Shown here piece after piece: positions 18,140 through 27,072 of a DNA stretch of 32,000 nucleotides (positions are counted from its first letter, which is position 1; each line of letters starts with the position of its first letter). This stretch comes from Nitratidesulfovibrio vulgaris str. Hildenborough (GTDB lineage Bacteria; Desulfobacterota; Desulfovibrionia; Desulfovibrionales; Desulfovibrionaceae). The stretch lies in NCBI RefSeq assembly GCF_000195755.1, contig NC_002937.3, forward strand, positions 120,001 to 152,000. The letters are read 5' to 3'. The translations under genes and the position numbers were made by a program. A model generated the notes under the pieces. That model had not been told where the DNA came from and made no database searches. It was given only the letters and a program-made list of their open reading frames with translations.

Positions 18140-18165
18140 GCGGGACGGAGTTCGCTCCGTCCCGC
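18140..18165. terminator. strong GC hairpin 10 nt downstream of the glnQ stop, in the convergent gap with the permease gene
   Basis: 11-bp perfect stem GCGGGACGGAG / CTCCGTCCCGC with loop TTCG. There is only a weak T-run (GTTTC) on the minus strand, so intrinsic termination is plausible but not certain. Confidence 0.5.
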
Positions 18166-18175
18166 AGGGTGTCGT

Positions 18176-18910
18176 CTAATGGATGACCTTGCCCAGAAAC
18201 TCCCGCAGGCGGGGGTTCTTCGGGTCGGCGAAAAGCTCGTTCGGCGGGCCTTCCTCCTGAATCTTGCCGTAGTCGATGAAGATGACCCTGTCGGCCACTT
18301 CGCGGGCGAAGCCCATCTCATGGGTGACCACGACCATGGTCATGCCTTCACGCGCCAGCTGTTTCATGACTTCAAGCACCTCCCCCACAAGTTCGGGGTC
18401 GAGGGCCGAGGTCGGTTCGTCGAACAGCAGCACCTTCGGTTGCATCGCCAGCGAACGGGCGATGGCCACGCGCTGCTTCTGCCCGCCTGAAAGCTGGTCG
18501 GGGTAGGCGTGCGCCTTGTCTGCCAGCCCCACCTTTTCCAGCAGGGCCAGGCCGAGGGCCTGCGCCTCCTGCCGGGCCATGCGGCGCACCTTGACGGGGC
18601 CGATGGTCACGTTCTCCAGCACGCTCATGTGCGGAAAGAGGTTGAACTGCTGAAAGACCATGCCCGCCTCGGTGCGCACATGGTTGATGTCGGTCTTGGG
18701 GTCGTAGAGGTCGTAGCCGTCCACGATGATGGTACCGGACGTGATTTCTTCAAGCCGGTTGATGCAGCGCAGGGCCGTCGACTTGCCCGACCCCGAAGGG
18801 CCGATGACGACGACCACCTCGCCGGTTCTCACGGTGAGGTCGATGCCGCGCAGCACGTGATGGTCGCCGTACGACTTGTGCAGGTTGCGTATCTCTATCA
18901 TGGGGGTCAT
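18176..18910 (-). CDS. glnQ: polar amino-acid (glutamine-type) ABC transporter ATPase
   Basis: Walker [38 protein letters not shown]. Size and sequence are typical of GlnQ/HisP-family ATPases. AGGAG RBS. Confidence 0.95.
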   Translation of the reverse strand: MTPMIEIRNLHKSYGDHHVLRGIDLTVRTGEVVVVIGPSGSGKSTALRCINRLEEITSGTIIVDGYDLYDPKTDINHVRTEAGMVFQQFNLFPHMSVLENVTIGPVKVRRMARQEAQALGLALLEKVGLADKAHAYPDQLSGGQKQRVAIARSLAMQPKVLLFDEPTSALDPELVGEVLEVMKQLAREGMTMVVVTHEMGFAREVADRVIFIDYGKIQEEGPPNELFADPKNPRLREFLGKVIH

Positions 18911-18983
18911 GGGAAACTCCTGTGCGGTTCGTGCACCGGAAGAGGCTCGCTGTAGCTGCCCCTTCCGGGTACGCCGTGCGTGA

Positions 18984-19655
18984 CTAGCGTGCCGAGCGCG
19001 CCGAGAAGCTGCGCTCGAGACGGCGCAGGGCCCACGCGATGCTCAGGGTCATGGCGAGGTAGAACACGGCGACGGTGAGCCACACCTCGAAGGCGCGGAA
19101 GTTGACGGCGATGATCTCCTGCCCTTGCCGGGTCAGTTCGCCGACGCCGATGACGACGAGCAGCGAAGTATCCTTGAGGGAGATGATGAACTGGTTGCCC
19201 AGCGGCGGAATCATGCGTCTGAAGGCTTGCGGCCAGATGATGTAGAGCATGGTCTGGAGGCGTGTGAGGCCGATGGAACGGCCTGCCTCGGACTGCCCCG
19301 TGTCGATGGAGGCGATGGCGCCTCGCACGATTTCGGCGATGTAGGCCCCGGAGTTCACGGCAATGGCAAGGATGCCCGCCGTCTCGGGAGGGATGCGCAT
19401 TCCGGTGGCCAGAGGAACGCCGAAATAGAGGAACATGACCTGTACGATGAGCGGCGTGCCACGGATGGCTTCAATATAGATGGTGGCCGGAACCTTGAAG
19501 GCCGCCTTGCGGCCCGAGTTGGCAAGGCCCGCCACTGCGCCGAGCAGAAAGCCCAGCGCGAGCCCGCCGAGCGTGATGAGGACGGTGAGCTTCACGCCGG
19601 CGAGCAGCAGCGGAGCCGTATCCAGCATCACCTGTGGTTGGAAGTCGAATGCCAT
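18984..19655 (-). CDS. glnP: polar amino-acid ABC transporter permease
   Basis: HisM/GlnP-type permease of 223 aa with the conserved EAA loop ([38 protein letters not shown]). Confidence 0.93.
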   Translation of the reverse strand: MAFDFQPQVMLDTAPLLLAGVKLTVLITLGGLALGFLLGAVAGLANSGRKAAFKVPATIYIEAIRGTPLIVQVMFLYFGVPLATGMRIPPETAGILAIAVNSGAYIAEIVRGAIASIDTGQSEAGRSIGLTRLQTMLYIIWPQAFRRMIPPLGNQFIISLKDTSLLVVIGVGELTRQGQEIIAVNFRAFEVWLTVAVFYLAMTLSIAWALRRLERSFSARSAR

Positions 19656-19715
19656 GGGCTGTCGTTCTTTGTCTTGCGGGCGCGGCGTACCACCGTCGCC
19701 CCGGTTCGGAAAAGG

Positions 19716-19745
19716 ACATAGGGAAGGCCCGAGCCTTCCCTATGT
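19716..19745 (-). terminator. intercistronic hairpin (13-bp perfect stem) between glnH and glnP; candidate partial terminator or mRNA-stability element
   Basis: ACATAGGGAAGGC (19716-19728) / GCCTTCCCTATGT (19733-19745) with loop CCGA. On the minus strand the stem is followed by CCTTTTCC. Confidence 0.55.
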
Positions 19746-19769
19746 GTTACATGCGCAAGGCGTTGCAGG

Positions 19770-20519
19770 CTACTTCTTTTCGGGGGCGTAGCCGAACCAC
19801 TTCACGAAGAGCTTGTCGTAGGAGCCGTCGGCCTTGAGCTGCTTGAGGGCGTCGTTGACCTTGCCCACAAGCTCGCTGCCCTTGGGGAAGCCGATGCCGT
19901 AGGACTGGCCCTGATACAGCGGGCCCACGACCTTGACCTTGCCCTTGCCGGCGGTCATGGCGAATTCCTTCACGACGGGCATGTCGAAGATGACGGCATC
20001 GGCACCGCCAGCCATCAGTTCAAAGAACATGCTGTCGTTGTTGGGGAACAGCTTCAGTTCCTTGGCCTTGCCGAACGACTTCATGAAGTCGACGGACGAA
20101 GTGGCGGTCTTCACGGCGACGATCTTGCCCGCGAGGTCTTCGACAGCCTTGATGCCCGTCTCGTTCTCGCGGACGAGGATCATCAGGCCGGAATCGTAGT
20201 AGGGGTCGGAGAAGTCGACCACGGCGGCGCGTTCGGGCTTGATGGTGATGCCAGCGATGCCCACATCGACGTTGCCGGTCTGGAGGCCGGGGATGATGCC
20301 GTTGAAGTCCATGGGCTGCAGCTTGTAGTCCACGCCCGCGATCTTGGCGATGGCCTGCCACAGTTCGATGTCGAAGCCGGTGTACTTGCCGTCTTCACCC
20401 TTGAACTCGAAGGGCTTGAAATTGGTGTCGTGGGCGACCACGAGCTGCTTCGCGGAGGCGGTGGCAGCGAGGCCGAGTACGAGGGCGAGGCCGAGTACGA
20501 GCTTGACGAGACGTTTCAT
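19770..20519 (-). CDS. glnH: glutamine-binding periplasmic protein, 249 aa
   Basis: I trimmed the start to the ATG at 20519 (GGAGG RBS). Signal peptide MKRLVKLVLGLALVLGLAATASA. The mature part aligns by eye along its whole length with E. coli GlnH (LVVAHDTNFKPFEF, GFDIELWQAIAKIAGVDYKLQPMDFNGIIPGLQTGNVD, GITIKPERAAVVDFSDPYY, KWFG). Confidence 0.95.
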   Translation of the reverse strand: MKRLVKLVLGLALVLGLAATASAKQLVVAHDTNFKPFEFKGEDGKYTGFDIELWQAIAKIAGVDYKLQPMDFNGIIPGLQTGNVDVGIAGITIKPERAAVVDFSDPYYDSGLMILVRENETGIKAVEDLAGKIVAVKTATSSVDFMKSFGKAKELKLFPNNDSMFFELMAGGADAVIFDMPVVKEFAMTAGKGKVKVVGPLYQGQSYGIGFPKGSELVGKVNDALKQLKADGSYDKLFVKWFGYAPEKK

Positions 20520-20932
20520 GGAACCTCCCTTTGCGGTGCGCGGCCTGACCGCGCGGCTGTGTTGTTCGGAAGATGCTTTGCGGTACAACCGCGAAAACTT
20601 CGCACAATCCGCTGCTGAATGCAAGAAAACGCGAGGTGGAGTGCGCTGGTTTTGAGTGTTTTGCTCCACTACGCAGAGCGTTTTTTTGATCATTTCGACG
20701 GGAAGGAAACCACGTTTTTCGATCGGGTCGAGACGCGTTTTTTGTCGTTTTCGAAGGGGCAAGTGAGGCGATTCTTGCGTGAGGACACCTCGTGACACCG
20801 TGGTGGCCTGTCATGCAGGAAAGAGGGGCGCATTCCATATGCGTATGATTTGATTGTGTTTTTGTGAATCGGCGGCAGGCTCGCGCGTCCTGTAGGCGTG
20901 GGCCAACCGCCATCGCAAGCGCAGTCATGTGC

Positions 20933-20972
20933 GAAAAACACGCGGCGGGCGCGTCGCGTTTTCACTTTTTTT
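20933..20972. terminator. terminator-like hairpin with flanking A-tract and T7 run inside the glnH/HK spacer (orientation ambiguous)
   Basis: Inner stem ACGCG/CGCGT (20940-20944 / 20950-20954, loop GCGGG), extended by GAAAAAC / GTTTTC pairing, then TTTTTTT at 20966-20972 on the plus strand. On the minus strand the stem is followed by GTTTTTCG. Confidence 0.4.
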
Positions 20973-21009
20973 CATTCCTCAAGTCATCGATTCCGATGTG
21001 GTGCCGGAG

Positions 21010-21029
21010 CAGAAAACGCGCGTTTTCTG
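21010..21029. promoter_or_regulatory. perfect palindrome CAGAAAACGCGCGTTTTCTG (candidate regulator binding site)
   Basis: AGAAAACGCGCGTTTTCT at 21011-21028 is exactly self-complementary over 18 bp, or 20 bp with the flanking C/G. Half-site copies recur in the same spacer (see findings). Confidence 0.5.
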
Positions 21030-21460
21030 TTCTCTGGGGGCAGCAGAAACGAGGCCCCGTGTCTGTCTCACCCCATGTTTTTGTTTGGTCGTTCAGTGTG
21101 TGAGTGGGGGGCAGGGCACTCCGGTCGACTTGCCTCACCATCCTGCATACGACGGTTCAGGGCATGTTCCTCTGTGGCCAGTGCCTCTTTCCTCTGGGGT
21201 GTCGGCAGGTCGCGGTACCGGCGATGGCTGTGGGGGCAGCCCTGGGCGACCGACGTCTGCCCGTGGCCCCTTCGATATGAGACGTTTTAAGGACATCTCA
21301 TGCGTGTGGCTGCCGGGAGAGAGCCACGTCTCCAGCAGAGGGCGAAGCGCCTATCTATATGATGTATACTGCGCTTGGTGCATTCCGGTGGCGCGGTGCG
21401 TCCGGGCTTTCGGACATGCATCGGGGCGCATGACCACATGCCACGTTATGCGGTGTGGCG

Positions 21461-21475
21461 AGGCACCGTTCATGC
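21461..21475 (+). promoter_or_regulatory. weak candidate sigma54 promoter upstream of the histidine kinase gene
   Basis: aGGCACcgttcaTGCc has GGCAC at -24 and TGC at -12 with the correct 12-nt GG to GC spacing. It lies 106 nt upstream of the ATG at 21581. Confidence 0.3.
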
Positions 21476-21580
21476 CGTCCCGCCGTGCCGCGAGACGCGC
21501 GCGCACCCCGTGCGCCTCTCCCGAACGGATTGTTCGTGCTGGAGAAGTGGGGTACATGTGGCGGTGATGGAGGCCCGACA

Positions 21581-22687
21581 ATGAACTGGAAGCTCATCCC
21601 CCCCGGCGGAATCACGTCGAGCCTGCGGCTTCGCGTCGGGCTTCTGCTCTTTCTGCTGGTGGTGGTATCCATGGCGGCAGCAGCCCTGCCCCTACTCATG
21701 GTGGGGGGGCGTCTGACGCTGCCCGAACCTCTGGCGGACTTCGCCGCGAACCCGGCGGCCGATGCCATCGCCCTGCTGTGCACCATTCTCTTTCTGGCCG
21801 GGCTTCTCGGTGTGGTCATCTACCGGCAGGTGCTGGGGCCCATACGGCGTCTTGCCCTCGAAGGGGCCTTCGGCGGAGAGGTGACAGGCAACGAGGTCGA
21901 GGTTCTCGTGGGGCGTGTGCGCCACCTGCTGGACACCATGCACCGCACGCAGGCGCAGCTTGAAGAGAGTCACGAGACCCTGCGCCAGACAGAGAAACTG
22001 GCGCTTGTGGGCAAGCTTGCGGCAGGGGTGGCGCATTCGGTGCGCAATCCTCTCACGTCGGTCAAACTGCGTCTCTTCTCGCTGGAACGTAGCCTCACGC
22101 TGGACACCCAGCAGCGTGAGGACTTCGAGGTCATCGCCGACGAGATTCGCCATCTGGACGCCATCGTCTCGAACTTTCTCGAGTTCTCGCGCAGGCCCAA
22201 GCTCAGGATGCAGACCGTCAGCCCGTCCGATGTGGTGGACAACACGCTGCAACTGCTCAAGCACCGCATCGAGTCCTTCAACGTGCAGGTGCAACTGCAC
22301 CGCGCCGAACGGCTGCCCGTGGTCAAGGGCGACCCGGAGCAACTCAAGGAGGCGCTGGTCAATCTCGTGCTCAATGCGTGCGAGGCCATGGGCTACGACG
22401 GACGACTCGACATCACCGAGGAACGGGGCATCATCAACCCGCTTGGTCGTGCCGTCGTCATCCGCATCGCCGACAGCGGTCCCGGTGTGCCCATCGACCG
22501 CCGCGACGACATCTTCCAGCCGTTCTTCAGCACCAAGGAGGAGGGCACGGGCCTTGGTCTGCCCATCGCCAAGAGCATCTTCGAAGAGCATGGCGGCTGG
22601 CTTCATCTGCATTCCGCGCCGGGCCGCGGCGCCACCTTTGTGGCCGTGCTGCCTGCGCTCAAGGACGACTCATGGCTAAGATCCTGA
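21581..22687 (+). CDS. NtrB-like sensor histidine kinase, 368 aa, two TM helices with a short external loop
   Basis: I trimmed the start to the ATG at 21581 (GATGGAGG RBS). H-box LAAGVAHSVRNPLTSV, N-box LVLNACEAM, G1 DSGPGV, G2 GTGLGLPIAK. Confidence 0.9.
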   Translation: MNWKLIPPGGITSSLRLRVGLLLFLLVVVSMAAAALPLLMVGGRLTLPEPLADFAANPAADAIALLCTILFLAGLLGVVIYRQVLGPIRRLALEGAFGGEVTGNEVEVLVGRVRHLLDTMHRTQAQLEESHETLRQTEKLALVGKLAAGVAHSVRNPLTSVKLRLFSLERSLTLDTQQREDFEVIADEIRHLDAIVSNFLEFSRRPKLRMQTVSPSDVVDNTLQLLKHRIESFNVQVQLHRAERLPVVKGDPEQLKEALVNLVLNACEAMGYDGRLDITEERGIINPLGRAVVIRIADSGPGVPIDRRDDIFQPFFSTKEEGTGLGLPIAKSIFEEHGGWLHLHSAPGRGATFVAVLPALKDDSWLRS

Positions 22688-24102
22688 TCGTCGACGACGA
22701 TCACCAGTTGAGGCAGAGCTTCCAGCGTTTGCTGGCGGTGGAGGGGCACGATGTGCGTGGCGCATCATCGGGCGAGCAGGGCCTACGCATGGTGCGCGAG
22801 GAACTGCCCGAGTGCGTGATCATGGACGTGCGCATGCCGGGCATGAACGGCCTTGATGCGCTGAAGGCCCTGCGGGAGATCGACGCCCGTCTCCCGGTCA
22901 TCATCATGACGGCCTATGCCACCACCGAGACGGCCATCGAAGCCACCAAGTTCGGTGCGTTCGACTACATCCTGAAGCCCTTCGACATCCCCGACATCCT
23001 CGCGCTCATCGACAAGGCGGTGGAGGCGGGCCGCCGGATGCGCGGACGGGTGGCCATGACGCCCGAGCCCGGTGACGGCGGTGACGCCGAGGCACTGGTG
23101 GGCACGAGCCGCGCCATGCACGAGGTCTACAAGGCCATCGGCCGTGCCGCGCCCACGGACGCGCTGGTGCTGGTACGCGGCGAGTCGGGCACGGGCAAGG
23201 AACTGGTGGCCCGTGCCATCTACCAGCACAGCCTGCGGGCCGAACGCCCCTACCTCGTGATCAACTGCGTCGCCATACCGGACACCCTTCTCGAGAGCGA
23301 ACTGTTCGGCTACGAGAAGGGGGCCTTCACCGGCGCCACCCATCGCAGGGTGGGCAAGATAGAGCAGGCGAGCGGCGGCACCGTGTTCCTCGACGAGATA
23401 GGCGACATGCCCCTCGGCATCCAGGCGAAGCTGCTCCGGCTGTTGCAGGAGAGGCAGATCGAAAGACTCGGCGGACGCGAGACCATCCCCGTGGACGTGC
23501 GCATCATCGCCGCCACGAACACCGACCTCGAAGCCGCCGTGGCGGACGGGCGCTTTCGCGAAGACCTCTACTACAGGCTCAAGGTCGTCACCCTGTGGCT
23601 GCCCCCGTTGCGCGAGCGCCGCGAAGACATCCCCCCGCTTGCCCGCTTCTTCCTCTCCCGTTTCGCACGTGAGATGGACACCCCCGACCCCGGCATCTCG
23701 ACCGAGGCCCTCGCCTACATGGAGGCCCATCCATGGCCGGGGAACGTCCGCGAACTCGGCAATGCCATCCAGAAGGCGCTGGTGTTCAACCGTGGCGCCC
23801 CCTTGCTGCCAGAGGACATCCGGCAGGCGCTCGAAGGCGTGCGCGGCAGCACCTCCACCCGCGAAGGCGACGAAGGGGCAGGCGACGACCTGCTGCAACT
23901 GGTGCGACGTACCCTCTCCGGGGGTGACGACAACGCCTTCGAGACCATCATGGACCATGTGGGGCGCATCGTCGTGCGCGAGGCCCTGCAATATACCGGC
24001 GGCAACCGCACACGTGCGGCGCGCCTTCTCGGCATGTCGCGTCCGACATTGCTGGCCCGCATGGAACGCTACGGCCTCAAGGTCGAGCAGCAGGTCTCCT
24101 AG
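22672..24102 (+). CDS. sigma54-dependent response regulator (NtrC family), 476 aa
   Basis: Starts MAKILIVDDD and overlaps the HK 3' end by 16 nt. REC domain, AAA+ domain with Walker A GESGTGKE and an intact GAFTGA loop (EKGAFTGA), and a C-terminal Fis-type HTH (GNRTRAARLLGMSRPTL). Confidence 0.95.
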   Translation: MAKILIVDDDHQLRQSFQRLLAVEGHDVRGASSGEQGLRMVREELPECVIMDVRMPGMNGLDALKALREIDARLPVIIMTAYATTETAIEATKFGAFDYILKPFDIPDILALIDKAVEAGRRMRGRVAMTPEPGDGGDAEALVGTSRAMHEVYKAIGRAAPTDALVLVRGESGTGKELVARAIYQHSLRAERPYLVINCVAIPDTLLESELFGYEKGAFTGATHRRVGKIEQASGGTVFLDEIGDMPLGIQAKLLRLLQERQIERLGGRETIPVDVRIIAATNTDLEAAVADGRFREDLYYRLKVVTLWLPPLRERREDIPPLARFFLSRFAREMDTPDPGISTEALAYMEAHPWPGNVRELGNAIQKALVFNRGAPLLPEDIRQALEGVRGSTSTREGDEGAGDDLLQLVRRTLSGGDDNAFETIMDHVGRIVVREALQYTGGNRTRAARLLGMSRPTLLARMERYGLKVEQQVS

Positions 24103-24235
24103 CCGCGCGTTCCGCCTTCGCAGGCATGTTTTCACCATTCCTCCCGGTCAGGGGCTGACGGGGAGAGGTGCGTTGCGTCCCGGCGCACGACCGTGTAGCC
24201 TGAAGAGTGGACGATGTTCCATCACGGGGGAGACC

Positions 24236-25042
24236 ATGACACAGGCAAGCATCGCCCGGACGGTGCTCATCATCGAGGACAGTCCGGTTCAGGCCAAGAT
24301 CATCCGTAAACAGATTCAGGCCTATACACAGTTCGACGTGCGGGTGGCCCACTCGCTGGCCGACGCCGAAGACGTGTTGCGCGAGGCGCATGACACCATC
24401 TTCGTCGCCGTCATCGACCTCAACCTTCCGGACGCGCCCGACGGCGAGGCCGTCGACCTCTGCCTGCACTGGCAGATGCCGTCCATCGTGCTCACGGCCA
24501 CGTTCAACGAGGACATCCGACGCCGCTTCATCGAACGGCGGGTGGTGGACTATTTCTTCAAGGGCTCCATTCAGGACATGGACCCCATGGTGACGAGCAT
24601 CGAGCGTGTCTTCAAGAACCGTTTCGTCCATGCGCTGGTGGTGGACGATTCCCGCACCCAGCGCGGCATCATACGGCAATTGCTCGAAGTGCAGTGCGTC
24701 AACGTGCTCGAAGCCGAGAACGGTGTGGAGGGGCTGGCGGTGCTCGAGGCCAACCCGCAGGTGACCCTCGTCATCACCGACTATCAGATGCCGGAGATGG
24801 ACGGCATCGAACTGGTGCGTGAACTGCGCCAGCGCCACCGCATGGACAAGATTGCCATCGTGGGGGTCTCGGCTGTGGGGTCCGGGCCGCTGACCGCACA
24901 ATTCCTCAAGCATGGGGCCAACGACTTCCTGACCAAGCCCTTCGAGGTGGAGGAGTTCTACTGGCGCGTGAATCAGACGCTGGAGGGGCTCGACCTCATG
25001 TGCGACCTGCGTTCGTGCCGCGAACAGCTGGAGAGCAGGTGA
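24236..25042 (+). CDS. stand-alone tandem receiver (REC-REC) response regulator, 268 aa
   Basis: ATG at 24236 after GGGGGAG. REC1 has IIEDS...VIDLNLPD...VLTA...DYFFKG. REC2 has VVDDS...VITDYQMPEMDG...VGVSA...DFLTKP. Both keep the acid pocket, T/S and K residues, and there is no output domain. Confidence 0.85.
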   Translation: MTQASIARTVLIIEDSPVQAKIIRKQIQAYTQFDVRVAHSLADAEDVLREAHDTIFVAVIDLNLPDAPDGEAVDLCLHWQMPSIVLTATFNEDIRRRFIERRVVDYFFKGSIQDMDPMVTSIERVFKNRFVHALVVDDSRTQRGIIRQLLEVQCVNVLEAENGVEGLAVLEANPQVTLVITDYQMPEMDGIELVRELRQRHRMDKIAIVGVSAVGSGPLTAQFLKHGANDFLTKPFEVEEFYWRVNQTLEGLDLMCDLRSCREQLESR

Positions 25043-26475
25043 GCGGGCGGGTGCATCCCGGAAGGGTGTGGCGCCATGGCGACAGCCGCGCCGTGCGCGG
25101 CCCCGTCCTGTACTGGATGCACCGCGAGCATCGTGCCCATGACAACTGGGCACTGGTGCACGCCATCGGAGAGGCGAAGGCCGCGGGTGCACCTCTCGCC
25201 GTGGTCTGGTGCCTCTCGCCCCGGTTCCTTGATGCCGCCTACCGGCAGTTCCATTTTCTGCTGCGCGGGATGCGGGGCACGGCAGAGACCCTGCGCGAGC
25301 ACGGCATCCCCTTCTTCCTGCTGCAAGGCGACCCTGCGGATGAGGTGCCCCGCTTCGCCGCGACCCACGGCACCGGACTGGTTGTCACCGACTTCGATGT
25401 GCTGCGCCTCAAGCGTGCGTGGCTGGGGCAGGTGCGCGAGGCACTCGCCTGCCCGCTGCACGAGGTCGACGGACGTAACGTGGTGCCGTGCCGCATGGCC
25501 TCCGACAAGCGCGAGTACGCGGCGCGTACGCTACGCCCCAAGATTCACCGCCTGTTGCCAGAATACCTCGACCCCTTCCCGTCTCTTGCGACCGAGGCGT
25601 CAGGCGTCGCGGCGTGGAAAGCCCCCGTGCCCGACGCGATGGCAGCACCCGACTGGGACGCGCTTCTTGCCGCACACCCCGCCGACCGTAGCGTGCCAGC
25701 CCTCACCGGGCCGGATGCGCCCGTCCCCGGCGAAGAGGGGGCCCGCAGGACGCTGGAGACCTTTCTCACCAGTCGCATCCACCGGTACGAGAAGCGTAAC
25801 GACCCCAATGCGGATGCCGTGTCGGGCCTGTCGCCCTATCTGCATTTCGGCATGATGGCGGCGCAGCGGGTGGTGCAGAGGGTGACGGCGAGCACCGCCG
25901 GAAGCGCGGACGCCCGAGCCTCCTTCATCGAAGAGCTCGTGGTGCGACGCGAGCTTGCCGACAATTTCTGCCTGCACACGCCCGACTACGACGCCGTGAC
26001 CTGCTTTCCCGCATGGGCGCAGGGCACACTGGACAGGCACAGGGACGACCCGCGGCCCCACCTCTACGATGAGGCGGCGCTGGAGAAGGCGCGTACCGCA
26101 GACCCCCTGTGGAATGCGGGACAGACGCAACTGATGCGGTGCGGCGTCATCCATGGCTACATGCGCATGTACTGGGCCAAGCAGCTTTTGCTGTGGACCC
26201 CCACGCCCGAAGAGGCCATGCGCATCGCCGTGCGCCAGAACGACCGATGGGCCCTCGACGGTCGCGACAGCAACGGCTACGCGGGCATCGCATGGTCGCT
26301 GGGCGGTGTGCATGACAGGCCGTGGGGCGAACGCCCGGTGCAGGGCACGATACGTTGCATGACCTACAACGGTGCACGGGGCAAGTTCGACGTGGCTGCC
26401 TACATAGCCCGCATGGAGTCGTTACGCGGCGGGGGACAGGCGCGGTTGCCGAAGTCGCCATGCCAGCGTCAGTAG
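25039..26475 (+). CDS. phr: class II deoxyribodipyrimidine (CPD) photolyase (start GTG 25039 or GTG 25051)
   Basis: GPVLYWMHREHRAHDNWALVHA at the N-terminus and DPLWNAGQTQLMRCGVIHGYMRMYWAKQLLLW in the FAD domain are class II hallmarks. The GTG at 25039 overlaps the REC-REC stop (GTGA). Confidence 0.88.
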   Translation: MSGRVHPGRVWRHGDSRAVRGPVLYWMHREHRAHDNWALVHAIGEAKAAGAPLAVVWCLSPRFLDAAYRQFHFLLRGMRGTAETLREHGIPFFLLQGDPADEVPRFAATHGTGLVVTDFDVLRLKRAWLGQVREALACPLHEVDGRNVVPCRMASDKREYAARTLRPKIHRLLPEYLDPFPSLATEASGVAAWKAPVPDAMAAPDWDALLAAHPADRSVPALTGPDAPVPGEEGARRTLETFLTSRIHRYEKRNDPNADAVSGLSPYLHFGMMAAQRVVQRVTASTAGSADARASFIEELVVRRELADNFCLHTPDYDAVTCFPAWAQGTLDRHRDDPRPHLYDEAALEKARTADPLWNAGQTQLMRCGVIHGYMRMYWAKQLLLWTPTPEEAMRIAVRQNDRWALDGRDSNGYAGIAWSLGGVHDRPWGERPVQGTIRCMTYNGARGKFDVAAYIARMESLRGGGQARLPKSPCQRQ

Positions 26476-26963
26476 CGAAGCTACCTGTCAAAGGACATCC
26501 GGGGACTACCCGGTCGATGCCAGTCGACCTCCCGCCCGCCCCTGGCCCCCTCTCGGGTTGTGCCGTGTTCTCGCCACCGCCATCCCGCAGCTGTGTATCC
26601 GCTCCGGGGTAGCCCCTCTGTGTGCTCTTCTGCTCTATCGTTTTCGGCTCGCATCCGTACCGTGTCTTCGATGATAAACGGTGTGCTCCCTAGCGCGTCA
26701 CCATTGCGCCTTGTTCCCCTTCCGGGGGCGGTGGAGAGACGCTCCCCGCCCGTCCTGCCTCCTCTGCCCGTTTTGCCTGTACAGGCCATCCTGCCGTTTT
26801 CGGACGTGCCACTCCGGCGACCTGCCACCCCGGTGCGTCGAATCGTCCGGGCCGCACTGCCCGTGCGGACCTACGTTGCACCCCTTGCCCCTGTCCTCGC
26901 GGGCTGACGCTGTCCTGCGCTCCCTCATCGACCGGAATGGTCACGGTGATGTCACCTCGTCGT

Positions 26964-27002
26964 GGCATCACGTCAGGGCATCACGTCGTGGCATCACGTA
27001 GG
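26964..27002. repeat. 13-bp tandem repeat x3: GGCATCACGTCAG GGCATCACGTCGT GGCATCACGTAGG
   Basis: Read directly. A degenerate fourth copy lies just upstream (GATGTCACCTCGTCGT, 26948-26963). The repeats end 42 bp upstream of the predicted hisI -35 element. Confidence 0.85.
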
Positions 27003-27043
27003 GGCGCGTAGGCGACGCCTATGCTCCGGTTGTGCTTCGGTGC

Positions 27044-27072
27044 TTGCCACCCATTTGCGGAAAATGTAGATT
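27044..27072 (+). promoter_or_regulatory. sigma70-type promoter candidate for hisI-hisG
   Basis: TTGCCA (27044-27049), a 17-nt spacer, then TAGATT (27067-27072). This is about 45 nt upstream of the hisI ATG. Confidence 0.45.

Noticed and set aside
20690-20965. 91-aa minus-strand ORF, together with the 130/212-aa plus-strand ORFs (20898..21290 and 20929..21567), in the large spacer
   Set aside because: Third codon positions are A/T-rich, unlike real genes here. The composition is basic and low-complexity, there is no RBS, and the ORFs span the palindrome and terminator-like elements.
22783-24138. 451-aa minus-strand ORF. The same applies to 4498..5529, 14148..15338, 16026..17108, 17105..18088 and 24077..25192.
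   Set aside because: These are mirror-frame shadows of the sigma54 regulator, MCP, methyltransferase, ABC and REC-REC genes respectively. No recognisable motifs are present.
26681-27001. GTG-initiated 106-aa Cys-rich ORF (CLLCPFC, CPC) with fairly high GC3 in the phr/hisI spacer
   Set aside because: It has no Shine-Dalgarno and no ATG. The Cys/Pro/Leu/Ser richness follows from the pyrimidine skew, and its C-terminus is the 13-bp tandem repeat. It is kept only as something to test by proteomics.
26964-27002. Tandem repeat considered as a CRISPR or iteron array
   Set aside because: The copies are directly adjacent with no spacers, there are only three 13-bp units, and no cas or rep genes are nearby. 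It is not a CRISPR array.
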